A stretch of DNA of 45,948 bases from Octopus bimaculoides (lineage: Eukaryota), in NCBI RefSeq assembly GCF_001194135.2, contig NC_068996.1:29079597-29125544 (forward strand). Reading direction: 5' to 3'. The notes beneath the pieces are model-generated. The model saw only the letters and a program-made list of their open reading frames with translations, was not told where the DNA came from and did no database searches. A program made the translations under genes and the position numbers. Within the stretch, counting starts at the first letter, position 1. Every line of letters begins with the position of its first letter. Of this stretch, positions 25,235 through 37,372 are shown piece after piece.

Positions 25235-25620
25235 GCTAGATGCTGTGAAAACATAGTAACCAGAGTAAAGATGTGTTAGGAAACATTCAGGGTGCTATTA
25301 TTTGTTGGCAAAAGTGTATTTTTTACACCAAAGGAAAGGTAAAATGTCTGATGCCTGTGTATAAGAGATTATGTTGAATGGCAACGAAAGATAAGCAATG
25401 AATGAAAAATGTATGTAAATTCTACAAAGAAATGAGGTAACCATGCACTGCAGGATGTGTAATGTTAGTGTGCATTAACAAAAGAGCACAAGTGAGAGCT
25501 GAAAGAATATTTTAGTATTTTAGGAATGAGCTGAAGTATACAGGACAGAAGACTGCATTGGTTTGGACAGATGAGGAACATCACAGATGATAGTTAGGTA
25601 TAATAATGTCAAATAATGCA
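25235..25620 (+). mobile_element. Heavily decayed RTE 3' fragment
   Basis: Aligns by eye to 27125-27500 (GGATGCT...TGATGCCTGTGT...GATGTGTAATGTTAGTGTG). Confidence 0.7.
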
Positions 25621-26229
25621 AGCTGAAGGAATCTGAAGAAGATAAACACTGGTGATGTCTGATCTCAGAATACTGTACCTTACAAAGGAATAATGAAAGA
25701 TCATGGTGTGCTCAATGAATCCCTGCCAACTTAGAAAAGTGGGTGATAAATGGTGATAAATGTTAGAGTGTTAATGGAGGATTGAAAAAGTGATTCATAA
25801 TAAATTTAAGCAAGTATGGATGCAGTCATGATTATGAAATATGAAAGAAATCCAAAAGATCCAAACTCGATTTCAAATGTAAAGATATACTCGCTCAAAT
25901 GTCAATTAATCTCACACAAATATTATGTGTGTGTGTGTGTGTGTGTGTATACATATGTATGTATGCATGTATGTATACATGTACAATGTGAGTATATATT
26001 TGAGAGGATGGGTGGTTTGATGTGTGTATATATGTATATATTATATATTGCATTATATATTGCATATATCATATGCATAAATATATATGTACGTGTGTAT
26101 TTACACACATGGTAATATGTATATAATGACAGAGATGCTTTCAAAATAATGACTAAGACAAAACTGATATCTTGACCTAAATCTTTGACACTTCGCTGTA
26201 CTCAAGACTTATTTACCACAGCAGATTTG

Positions 26230-26495
26230 ATGCCAGTGCTGGTGTCACATAAAAATTACTGGTGTTAGTGCCACATAAAAAGCACTCATGCTGGTATCAT
26301 GTCAAAAGCACTGGAGCTGGTGCCATATAAAAAGCACCTAATACACTCTGTGGAATGGCTGGTGTTAAGAAGGGCATCCAGCTGTAGAAACCATGCTAGA
26401 AAAGACAACAGCCCCTAGCCATACCAGCTTCAGTCAAACCATCCAACCCATGCCTGCATAGAAAACAGATGTTAAATGATGATGATGATGATGAC
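26230..26495 (+). mobile_element. (GAT)n-tailed SINE-like copy with ~27-bp internal repeats
   Basis: GTGCTGGTGYCACATAAAAAGCAC-like units x4, AAGGGCATCCAGCTGTAGAAAC core, (GAT)n tail. Confidence 0.8.
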
Positions 26496-26778
26496 AATGA
26501 ATCATTAACTTCAAAAGCTGTGTAACAACTGACCATAAGAATACAATTTCTACCATCCCAGAAAAAAAAGACCCCCTTTTCTGTCTTTTCTCTTTTTTTC
26601 CTGTTCTTTCTATCTCTCTTTCCTTTTTTTCTCCCTGTCACCAAGCCTCCAAAAATTCACTATGCACACATATAGGTAAAATAACATTCTCTCTCCCATT
26701 CAACTCCAGATTTTTTAATACACACACACACACAGCCGAATCACTACTAAAACTAAAGATGAAATTTTGGGAGTGAAA

Positions 26779-27640
26779 GCAAGGTCTAGAATTAAACGGC
26801 CTTAGCGTTAATCTAGCAAAAACCAAAGTCTTAGTAAGCAGTAAAGCAGACAAATCACAAATCCCTTCAGGTAGATGCCCCTGCTTGATCTGTAGAAAAG
26901 ACGTAGGTAATAACTACATGAGATGTATCCAGTGTAAGCTCTGGACACATAAGAGGTGCAGCAATATCAGAGGAAGGTTAACAGGGAAACCAGTTTTTGT
27001 GTGTGGAAGGTGCACAGGTACAATAAACATTAGAAATGTACAGAAAATAGACTCAATCAAATGCCAGTGGGGATATTTAGAAGTAGTTGACAGCTTTCAT
27101 TATCTAGGTGACCAAGTCAGCAGTGGAGGTGGATGCTCCGAGAGTGTAGCTGCTAGAATAAGAATAGGCTGGGCAAAATTCAGAGAGCTCCTATCTCTGT
27201 TGATAACAAAGGGCCTTTCCCTCAAGTGAAAGGCAGATTGTATGATGCCTGTATGCAAACAGCTATGCTACATGGCAGTGAAACTAGGTCTGTGACTGCC
27301 GAGGACATACATAGACTTGAAAGAACTGAAGCTAGTATGCTTTACTGGATGTGCAATGTCAGTGTGTATGTATGACAGAGTGTCAACATCATGAGAGAAA
27401 AGTTGGGCATAAGAGACATCAGATGTGGTATGCAAGAGAGACAAATGTGTTGGTATGGTCATGTGATGTGGATGAATATGGACAGCTGTTTAAAGAAGTG
27501 CTGATCTCTAACAGTGGGGGGAAGCTGTGGAAGAGGTAGACCCAGGAAGACATTGGACGATGTGGTGAAGCATGATCTTTGGACGTTGGGTCTCATGGAG
27601 TCAACAAGTAGTGACTGAGACCTTTCATGATATGCCATGC
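26779..27640 (+). mobile_element. RTE-clade LINE 3' part with C4HC3 finger inside RT
   Basis: QGLELNGLSVNLAKTKVL...CLICRKDVGNNYMRCIQCKLWTHKRCS...VFVCGRC...LEVVDSFHYLGDQVSSGGGCSESVAARIRIGWAKFRELL, then WYGHVM and GRGRPRKTLDDVVKHDL. Confidence 0.92.
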
Positions 27641-27774
27641 ATATATGAAATAAGGCATATGAAATAAGATATATGAAATAAGGCATAAATTTTCTGTAAA
27701 AATATCATATCGGATGATTCTCCGAAACATGATGAGAGCGCTAACCTCTTTTCTCTTTATATATATATATATAT

Positions 27775-28048
27775 NNNNNNNNNNNNNNNNNNNNNNNNNN
27801 NNNNNNNNNNNNNNNNNNNNNNNNNNNNNNNNNNNNNNNNNNNNNNNNNNNNNNNNNNNNNNNNNNNNNNNNNNNNNNNNNNNNNNNNNNNNNNNNNNNN
27901 NNNNNNNNNNNNNNNNNNNNNNNNNNNNNNNNNNNNNNNNNNNNNNNNNNNNNNNNNNNNNNNNNNNNNNNNNNNNNNNNNNNNNNNNNNNNNNNNNNNN
28001 NNNNNNNNNNNNNNNNNNNNNNNNNNNNNNNNNNNNNNNNNNNNNNNN
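27775..28048. other. Assembly gap within (AT)n
   Basis: Ns. Confidence 1.
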
Positions 28049-28089
<41 letters not shown>

Positions 28090-28091
<2 letters not shown>

Positions 28092-30350
28092 ATCTTTCGT
28101 TTTGACTCATATGGAAGACCAAGTAAAAAAAAATGTATGAGTTGAGGAAAATTGGAGGAAATCTTTAACGTTCAGATCATATCCTATTTCGCGTGGCAGT
28201 ATGGTTGCGAACTGGAACTCACTGTGCGGTACCTTGGGCAAGTTGTTGGTTAAGTTCATTTCATTCCTTCTCAAACGAAGGTCAAGGTCCGAAATGACAA
28301 CTGAACTTATTGAACCCCAATGATCTTTCTTACTAGAAATACAAACCAACGAGACAGCCTCTACATCAACTTCTGAAACGTCCCGTGAATCAAACTAACG
28401 TTTTTAAGAAAAACCTACACCGACTAGTGTTTTTAATAAATGAATAAAACACGGGTGATCATGTTGGAACGTCTTTATCATCGGTATGTTGGATTAGGAC
28501 TATCATATGGCTAAGCAATAAGTAGGAAGTGTATTAGCTATTCTGTGCCTTAATAAATGATAGAATGGTCACGGTTGGAAAATTTTAATCATAGGTCAGC
28601 TGGTTCAGGACTGACTGAGGCTGAACAATAATAATTAGCAAGCACCAAAAAAGGACACATATAATTTAGTTCGGGATATACTATGTTCGAAATAAAAGAC
28701 AAGACACATTTAGAACATCAATTATAATGTAGTCCAAGATGATATACTGTCTAAATTTAAAAACATTGCGATCACAGACGGAATATCTTTTATCTTACAT
28801 CTGCTGGATCACCAATGGAACTAAATAACAACACACACATATGATAATACAGCTTTGGTAGAACAAACATATAAAAGTATGTGTGGGTGTATATACGCAC
28901 ACACACATACTCAAACACATAAACATATAAACGTAGTTGGATCAAAAAGGTAATTTAGCAAACTTACACAGTAACAGAGGTTTCAGGTTCAAGTTCGGCT
29001 CCCAGAATCATCATTCTAATCATCGTCGTATTAATTAACAGCCAGGTAATTAATGATGATTAATAATATAGACAAGAAATTTTTTGAGGGTGGGAGTTAC
29101 GTTATAGTCGACCCCAGTTCGATGACACAGTTATTTAACTTGTATTATGTATAAATAAATAACATAAAAGCCAATCAGGACAGCAGAGTAATGTAAAGAG
29201 TTTCGGTTAAGGAAAGTCTGATACAGATTTTATATGAAGTCGGTTACTGAGTAAGGTGACAATAACAGAGAAATAACGCGAGATATAGTGAGGTTGACAG
29301 AAGAGAGAAAGAGAGAGAGAGGTGTTACATGTAGTTTGAGTGAGAGGAAGAGTAGCAGACGGTTTGAGAATGAGGTAAGGACGAGTAAAAGCAGAAAGAA
29401 AGTGTTTCAGAGAGAATAGGTAGACTGGAACGAAACGAAACAGGTTTCATCAACAATAGCTATTAGAAGGAGGAGGTGACGAGGAAAAGAAAGTTTGAAG
29501 ATGAGGTAAAAACAAATGAAAACTTTGACAGAGGAAATGATCAAAATGAAACGAAACGAAAAAAACATGCTGTTTTAGAAAACAGAAACTGCATACACAA
29601 ATGCATACAAATCCATACACGCGCGCGCACACACACGTTTATAGCTAGCCTACACCCCTATCATATGTATGTTTAATTAGAACCAATAAAAAAAATGGAA
29701 AATATATAAGAAGAAATGGTTAAAGAACCGAAACGAATATTTCAGGTGGAAATAAGCAAAAAAATACAGAAAATCGGGAAAATTCAGAAGGCGGAATGGA
29801 AAAAGATAAACTGGTAAATGTGAGCGTTCATATGTATGTAGAAACAAAATGTAGATGGCCGAAACGAAATAAGGGAAACTAATTGCGAATATGTTGGCTG
29901 CAAACCCGCACACTCATTAATTTCTATATAAGATAGACATTGTCAACAGAAGGTATGTAAAGAACTAAAAAAGGCTGGAACAAATGAAAGGAAATTGATA
30001 TTAAAGAGAATATCTTTAAAGCTTTGATACTTTTATTATGCTTTCGAAGTCATAGGTAGAGCAAGTAGTTTCGTTGAACAAGAAAAAATTACACGCACTC
30101 GCGTACAAACGTAATTGATAATATCAAATAAAGAGAACGACCAAAATATAACGATACGAAGCCATGTTGTTTTTTTATTAATTTATAGGTCCATGGCACA
30201 TACACACGAAGTATATTACATACACATACATCGTATACATAGCAATAGATGGTGGAACTTGTGTTCTCAATATTCTAAGGAAACACCTCAGATCTGGTTT
30301 GTAATAGAAACCAGATTGTAAAAATATCAAAATTAGACGAAAACATGACT
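28090..30350. promoter_or_regulatory. CpG-retaining block, candidate promoter / first-exon region
   Basis: About 60 CpGs counted by eye in ~2.3 kb of mostly non-repetitive sequence, versus a handful per 2 kb in the flanks. TATAAA at 29150. Donor-like sites on both strands. Confidence 0.45.
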
Positions 30351-31199
30351 GCATTTTATTTGTAGTATTATTCTTTTCTTTTTCAATACTTTCTAAATAT
30401 ATTTTGATTATAATTCCTTCTTTTAAGTCCTTAATTCTTTTCTGGATTCCTATATAGTTCACTCCGCAAATGAGGGGCCAGCTGTAGATTTCAATCCTGT
30501 GTTGGAATTTCATCAGCATCTGATTATCCTATTTAACTGTGTAGCAGGATGCAAACTTGCATTGCTTCATTACAAATTTCAAGCCACAACATGACGATGG
30601 ATTGATTATGTGTGCAGCTGAGCTAATGTCTAAACAGTGGCTATTGTTCATGTGATAGCTTCCCCAGATTGTTCTAGATGGTTCCCTGAACATAGCCTGT
30701 AAAAAGAGTAGCTAAAAGTGCCAATTTGCAGAGTGTTAGAGATATTGGATCAGAACATAATCTCCACTCTTGCCAAACAAGTGTATTCTTGAGAGTGTTA
30801 CATTATACACACTCCTCCTCTGCCTGACAATTACATATGAGTAGAGCATGTGCTCAACTCATATGTTGGGCAGACATGATACTACACATATATATTTTCA
30901 TCATGGTAAAACTAGCCCCAATGGTAAACCTTGGATAGCCATTTTTTTCACATGTTGTATTACACTATTTTCATCTTGTTGATTCTACATGTATATCATA
31001 ATACATGAACATCTCTTTATAACTTGTGTGGCATAATAAATCATGTTTGCAATATTTCACAACAGTTTTTAAAGTTCTGATTTCAAATTCTGCTGGGATT
31101 TGTAAAATACTTCTTTAAGGTATCCTAGATGTGAAGAGAATTAGAACAGAAGACTCTTCAAAATAGAGACCACATCACCTAATGTGGGAGCTCCTATAT

Positions 31200-31456
31200 C
31201 AGTGGTTTTCAACTGGGGTCCACGTGGCCCTTCGGAGTCCTCATAAGATTTTGCTGTTAAAATTTATCTGCAACAGATTGGTTATACTTCTGCAATACAC
31301 AAAATGTTTTAACAAATTTTTAAATACAGTTCCCAAAAATATTTAATTATAAAAACAATAAAATTCTTTTAAACATTGAACTGCTATGAGGGTCCATCTA
31401 AGTAAAATAGGAATCAAAAGGGTTCATAGGTAAAAAAAAATGGTTGAGAAATACTG
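31200..31456. mobile_element. hAT-type MITE
   Basis: TIRs CAGTGGTTTTCAAC and GTTGAGAAATACTG. 8-bp TSD TCCTATAT / TCCTATAA. Confidence 0.85.
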
Positions 31457-32479
31457 TCCTATAATGTCTATTGATTTGTATTCAATGTCTCCACTAAATC
31501 TCTCATCAAAATAGGGCCTACATGATCCTATTTCTTCTATTTAGCTTGGCTTGGAAGAGACAACTGTGCTTAGGGCTTTTTGCAGGCCCTTTAAAACCAG
31601 TAAAATTGATACTTAAATTGTTGCTATTGACGATAGCAGAAAAGCATGTGCAAGGAGAGAATTCCAGGTGCCAGCATTTTGGGAAGAAAAGACTGGGTGT
31701 AATAGCTCGTGCAAGGCCTAGGAGTTGGGCAATTCATAGCTGAGGAAAAGGACAAGTGAGTCGAGAAAATCTGAACAGAGCATGAGATCAGCTTGTTCTA
31801 CAAACTGACAAATCCTCCCCACCCTAGTAATGTACATAATATTACATACAGTATCATCAAATATTTAAAATTTCAATATAACTAGTAAATTTTCTTTAAT
31901 AAATGTTCTATTGTCTTTAAAACAGGGACCAAAAGGAATCTTTAAGCAAGATTTTCTGTTGTCACTTGATCTTATTCAATGTAGTAGACAAACACCCACA
32001 TTTAAACCCTAAATGTGTTGAATTAGGGACTGTATTAGTCTGTTAAGGAAGTTCTCTGTCAAGAGTTGATAAAACTTTTTAATGCAGCAAAATTTTTTAA
32101 TGCATTGCATTACTGTTTGTGCATTCTTTTTGTAACAAAGTGCAATGTGTGTCCTTCTCTCCGTTTTAAAACAATTTTAAACAATTTTTGAAAATCTAAT
32201 AATGTGCCATAACACTTTTAGCATTTTATTCATTGAGCTGTGGATTGGAAAAGAAAATCTTGAAAATCATTGTTAATTGTTGTTATTTGGCCATCCAAAT
32301 GTTACAGTCATTCATTGCAACAAGTTCCCAAATGTCCTTAAATACACTGCTCTATGACCTTTCAAAAAACATCCTTAAGATCAACTTTGTCCATTTTTGC
32401 CAGTCTTGAGAGTGGGGTGCAACAAAGGTAATGAACACAACTTCTAAAAAGAAGTAAAGAGACCACATGAAGCTGTGTA

Positions 32480-33010
32480 AGAGACTCTTTGCAGTCATTT
32501 AACTTGCTCAGTGAAGCTACAAAATCATAGTTCAGTATGCTATCTTTAAAATAGAGACCGATGATATATAATGTTTAGAAAAGTAACTGCAACAGCGAGT
32601 GTGGCAGTTTCTTGCAAGTCATTGACCTTCCTCAAATGTATAAAAAGAAAAGCTAAAAGAAAACCTTTCATCTGCATAAATTTCCCTATAGTCTTTAAAA
32701 TAGGAGCTACATAAGCTAGTGATTTTGTATATAGTTCCTTGACATTACACACTGTTACAGCCAAGTCTATTTCATTACACTCTCGAAATAGGGACCACAT
32801 GTATTTCCTTCAGGTACTCCATCTAACAGTATCTCAGTTGGCATGCTCTCAACTGTCTTTAAAACAGCAGCTACATAATATCATGAGGGTGTTTCTTTGT
32901 AGTTGTATGAAGGTGAGTGTCTCCTCAGCAAGGTCTGTAATGCTTTTAAAAGTAGAGAGCATATTAACAACTGAGAGAGCTTCTAATGAAGTTACTTGTA
33001 ATTGAGAGAG
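32480..33010. repeat. Degenerate ~80-bp tandem repeat
   Basis: TCTTTAAAAYAGRGRCYACAT-like motif at ~32543, 32691, 32781, 32857 and 32943. Confidence 0.55.
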
Positions 33011-33074
33011 AGCTAATGTAGTTATATGTAATGGCATGGATAACTAAGACAACCCACTAACAATATATATAAAA

Positions 33075-33210
33075 GTAGAAACCTTGCCAAATCAGATTGG
33101 AGCCTGGTACAGCCTCCTGGCTTGACAGTCCTCAGTCAAACCATCCAGTCCATGCCAGCATGGAAAGTGGATGTTAAACGATGATGATTATGATGATAAT
33201 GATGATGATT
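33075..33210 (+). mobile_element. 3' fragment of the (GAT)n-tailed family
   Basis: GTAGAAACCTTGCCAAATCAGATTGGAGCCTGG...GATGTTAAACGATGATG. Confidence 0.85.
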
Positions 33211-33682
33211 ACTTTATCATCAGATATTAAAAAGCACAATGAATACAGAAGGCTATTCTCATTGATATGCATTAGGCCAGTAATGTGTGCCCTTTATTAC
33301 AAAATTTTGTTTTCATTGTCCTTGTCCCACCTAGTGTCAACTAAAAAAAACCAAAAACCAATGGTGAAGCAAAAATTTAATTCTAACTATAGTAAATAAA
33401 ATAAAATATAAAAAGGTTAATGTGGTCACTTGTATATAGATTCAATAGATTTGAAACAAATCATTTCTTGGATTCTTACCCAGGAACTGAAACTTTAGCC
33501 TCAATTTTTCCATGAGATCCTTTCTCTTGTTCTCAACACTTAGAAATTTGTGAGGATGAATCCTCAAACTTAGATAAGTTTTATAGTTTAAGTGAACATT
33601 ATTGGGTTAAATACAGGTTAACATAGATAAGCCAATTTACTTCCCATTGTTCTCTGACATACATTCAGCTACCAAACATGTA

Positions 33683-34987
33683 TGAGGTGGTATCAAAACA
33701 TTCCCGGACTAGTTCTATAGCACATCAACAGATGGCAGCATGCAGCTGTATGCTCAGTGAGAGCTAGCAGTGACCTTCATGAGGCAGTGTGCTGAGTGAC
33801 ATCATTGTGTTTACTTCACAAGTTTTGAAATTTGTGTTTTTGTGATCACATGTATGCTGTAGTCTGCGATTTTATCATGGACAGCAAGCTGGAGCAACAT
33901 AAAATTTTGCATTAAACTTGAAAAGTTTGCTACAGAGACATTGAGTGTGCTTTGGCAAGCTTACAGTGATGAAGCAATGGTTCATACGCAATGTTTCAAG
34001 TGGTATGGGTGTTTCAAAAGTAGAAGAACATCCCTAGAAGACGACAAGTGATCTGAAATACCTGCTACGAGTATCACTCCAAGAAATGTGGAGAAAATTC
34101 ATCAGCTTGTGCATGAGGATCATCAGAGGACAGTCAATGGCATTACTGATGCTGTTGATCTGTTGTATGGGTCCATGTTGGCAATCCTAACATCTGAATT
34201 GAACATGTGGTGTGTCTCTGCCAAGTTTGTCCCCCACCTGCTGACCACTGAGCAGAAAGAACATTGCATTGAAGTCTGTCAGGATCTCTATTAGTGTGTC
34301 ACTGATGACCTATCCTTCATGTCAAGGATCATCACCAGTGACAATGAAGTAGTAGTTGAGTGACTGAGATGAAGTAGTAGTTGTCGCAATGGAAGAGCCC
34401 TTCATCTCCATGACTGAAGATGGTATGACAGAGCTGCAGCTCAATCAAGAGCATGCTCATTGTTTTTTTCAACATCTGCAGTATTGTGCATTAATGATTT
34501 GTCCCCCAGGGCCAGACTGTTCATTGAGAGTTCTGTGATGTTTTGAAGCATTTGAAAGAAGGCATTCAGCAAAAGTGACTTGATCTGCCGGACATGAAGA
34601 ACTGGATTCTTCATAACAATAATGCACCCTTTGAGCTGCATTTTCATCTTGCAGAAAAGATGGAAGTCCACAGGTGCTAAATCTAGTGAAATGGACAGGT
34701 GCAGAAGCGATTTAGCACCTGCGGACTTCCATCTTTTCTACAAGATGAAAATGCAGCTCAAAGGTTGCCGTTTTAACACTCTTGTTGAGATCAAAAGTGA
34801 ATTGCAGAAGGTCTTCGACTTGCTTATGGATAACAACTTCCAAGCCAGATTCCAAAAGTGACAGGAATGCTGGGACCTGTGTATTGCTACACAAGATGAC
34901 CATTTTGAAGATGGTGTTAAAACTTAGGCAAATAAGTAATTTTTTTATTAAACATAACTAGTCCAGGAACTTTTTGATGCCACCTCA
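33683..34987 (+). mobile_element. Full-length decayed mariner element (1305 bp)
   Basis: 32-bp TIRs (33683-33714, 34956-34987; 4 mismatches), TA on both sides. Transposase pieces IKFCIKLEK..ATET, SAKFVPHLLTTEQKEHCIEVC, SRIITSD, WILHNNNAP, DLAPADFHLF. Multiple stops. Confidence 0.95.
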
Positions 34988-35437
34988 TATAAATACAAAC
35001 CCTTTTGGAAATGAGGGGACAGTTGTTTCTGCTTTCGGACACTGCACATCTTTCTATTTCTAGCAAATAACTTCTTCCTAATGTTCACAACAGATGCAAT
35101 TATTACCAAAAGTGCACGGATTTTGTCATTGTTATTTTCCCCTTACTACTGTAAAACAGCTGTCAACTACAGACTTTTGTGTACTGATCCAAATGTTGTA
35201 TTCACAGGAAAATAAAATCTGTAAGAAATAATTTACTTCTTTCTGTTGATTTTTTATGGTGTATTTTACACTCATGAAGTTTAAATAATCTAACTGTAAC
35301 ATAACCTGTTACAGATTTCTTGTTTCCAACACTTTGCATTCAGAGTGTGAAAACAGGTTTTTCTAAATATATAAATGTTTCTGTGGTTGCTACAAATTTT
35401 GTGTGCTCACTTTCAGGCTGTTAGGCAACTCACTGTA

Positions 35438-35439
<2 letters not shown>

Positions 35440-35489
<50 letters not shown>

Positions 35490-35494
35490 GCATG

Positions 35495-35545
<51 letters not shown>
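35440..35545. repeat. (CA)n microsatellite
   Basis: Direct run. Confidence 0.95.
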
Positions 35546-35550
<5 letters not shown>

Positions 35551-36105
35551 ACCAACTACATATAGAATTGTGTTTTATGTAATTATAATGATAGGCTTTC
35601 TGGCTGACATTCTTTATAATTGGTACAGATTACTTGAACTTATGAATATATAAAACTCAGACATCACATCTCTGACATTCCCTTTACAACCTTGTCACAT
35701 GATATGATAGCTATGACTCCTCTCAACAAACTCTGAGCTGTTTTTCAAATAGAGTCTGTATGATTTAATGAGGAATATCAAATCATTTACAGCTAAAGCT
35801 CCCTCAACAAACTACCTACTGATTTTAAAATAATAAACACACAGGACACTGATGGAGCTTCTATTTAGCCATTTGACCTAATTCATTTACAGCAGCCACA
35901 TCTCACGTCAAGAAACTACCTACTGTCTTTAAAACAATGGATGGAGTATCATAATACTTTTATCACTTTATTCAGTGTGTTGTAGCTTGAAAATCAATGT
36001 TCTATATAGTTACTTGACCAGTTAAGGGTAATAACATATAATGGGAGGCAAGGTTCTGGATATCGGTTGAATATCGCCTTTCTCCCATTAATTTCTTATT
36101 CTTTG

Positions 36106-36495
36106 TGTTGCTAAGGCTCCAGCAGTCGAATAAAGAAGTATTAGACAAAACGCAGGTTCTCCATTAGTATTTATTTACAATATATACACAGGTGCAGCCA
36201 TCTCATGTGGTATGAATTCATTGTTCTCCATTACGCGGGCCATTGCCTCAGGAGATGCGACAAGTGGACTAGCCTAGAAGCTTAGCCAGTGAAGGGTCCT
36301 CTGCTAGCAATCGTAGCAGGAAAAGTGAGAACGAACCTCGAGGTTTCTTTCCTTTTATAGTTTTGCCATCGCAAGCCTTGTTGTGAGCTTGCACATGGCA
36401 AATGGATGCAGGTGAGGTCTCGCTCCAGTCTTGGAGATGGCAATGGCTGCCCCGAGATCTCACCCAATATGGCGCTGATTGCTTGTGCTGCTACA
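36106..36495 (-). mobile_element. Probable solo LTR
   Basis: 390-bp GC/CpG-richer block with termini TGTAGC...GCAACA on minus, TATA-like CTATAAAAGG and downstream AATAAA. No clean TSD found. Confidence 0.5.
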
Positions 36496-37175
36496 AACTA
36501 TTTCTCCTCAACAAACTTTCAAATCAGAATCTTTCATCATACATTTCTAGCCAGTACACTGGTGTTCTGAAGAGTCTAATATATATGTGCAGTAGTTACT
36601 GAAGTTGTGTATGACAAAGTTTCAGAATAAGAAATAAAAAACCTTTGAATTACTTTCTAAATTGGATAATTTTTTTCTGTGTGTGCTACATTGATGTGGG
36701 GCCATTTTCACCCTTATTTTGGAGAAAAACACTTTCCATCTTGAATATTTTCACCATCAGACAATTTTCAAAAAATATTTTCAGATATGGCATCCATTGA
36801 ATTGGTTCTAAGATGAAACTTCTACAAAAAATAGTTGCAATATTTACATCTTCAACCCACCTCAGAAAAACATTCTACAGATTTAAAATATAGAAAAGAA
36901 AAGAAACTGACAATTACATTGATGAAAACATTTACAGAAGTAGACATTTGTAGTTTGACAAGGTTCACAAGTAGTGACAGTCATAATTTTAATAACAGCT
37001 TCCTTTGTTAGTGTGGCCAACTAGAAAGAGTCACTGAAAAAAGTCAACAAAAAAAAATAGTATTGCCTCCAGTCCCAGAAATACATAAGAATTTAACTAG
37101 GAGGAAAGAAACATAATTTACATCCGTTTTGCCAATAGTGTAGGTAAGCTGCTCTTATTTGTTTTTATGTATTTT

Positions 37176-37176
37176 T

Positions 37177-37239
<63 letters not shown>
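37176..37239. repeat. (CA)n microsatellite
   Basis: Direct run. Confidence 0.95.
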
Positions 37240-37243
<4 letters not shown>

Positions 37244-37372
37244 AGTACATAAGTGCAAAGCAAGGTGGAAAAGATTGTACTTGAATACCAAAGATAGTGT
37301 AATATGTTTTTATTAAAGCTGCAAAATTATTGCCGTTTTGTGATAATATTGCAGCTTTAATAAAAGTATATA

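Noticed and set aside
31522-31755. Coding exon (73-aa ORF, GTGAGT donor at ~31756)
   Set aside because: All three frames between the acceptor and donor hit stops, and the peptide is unrecognisable.
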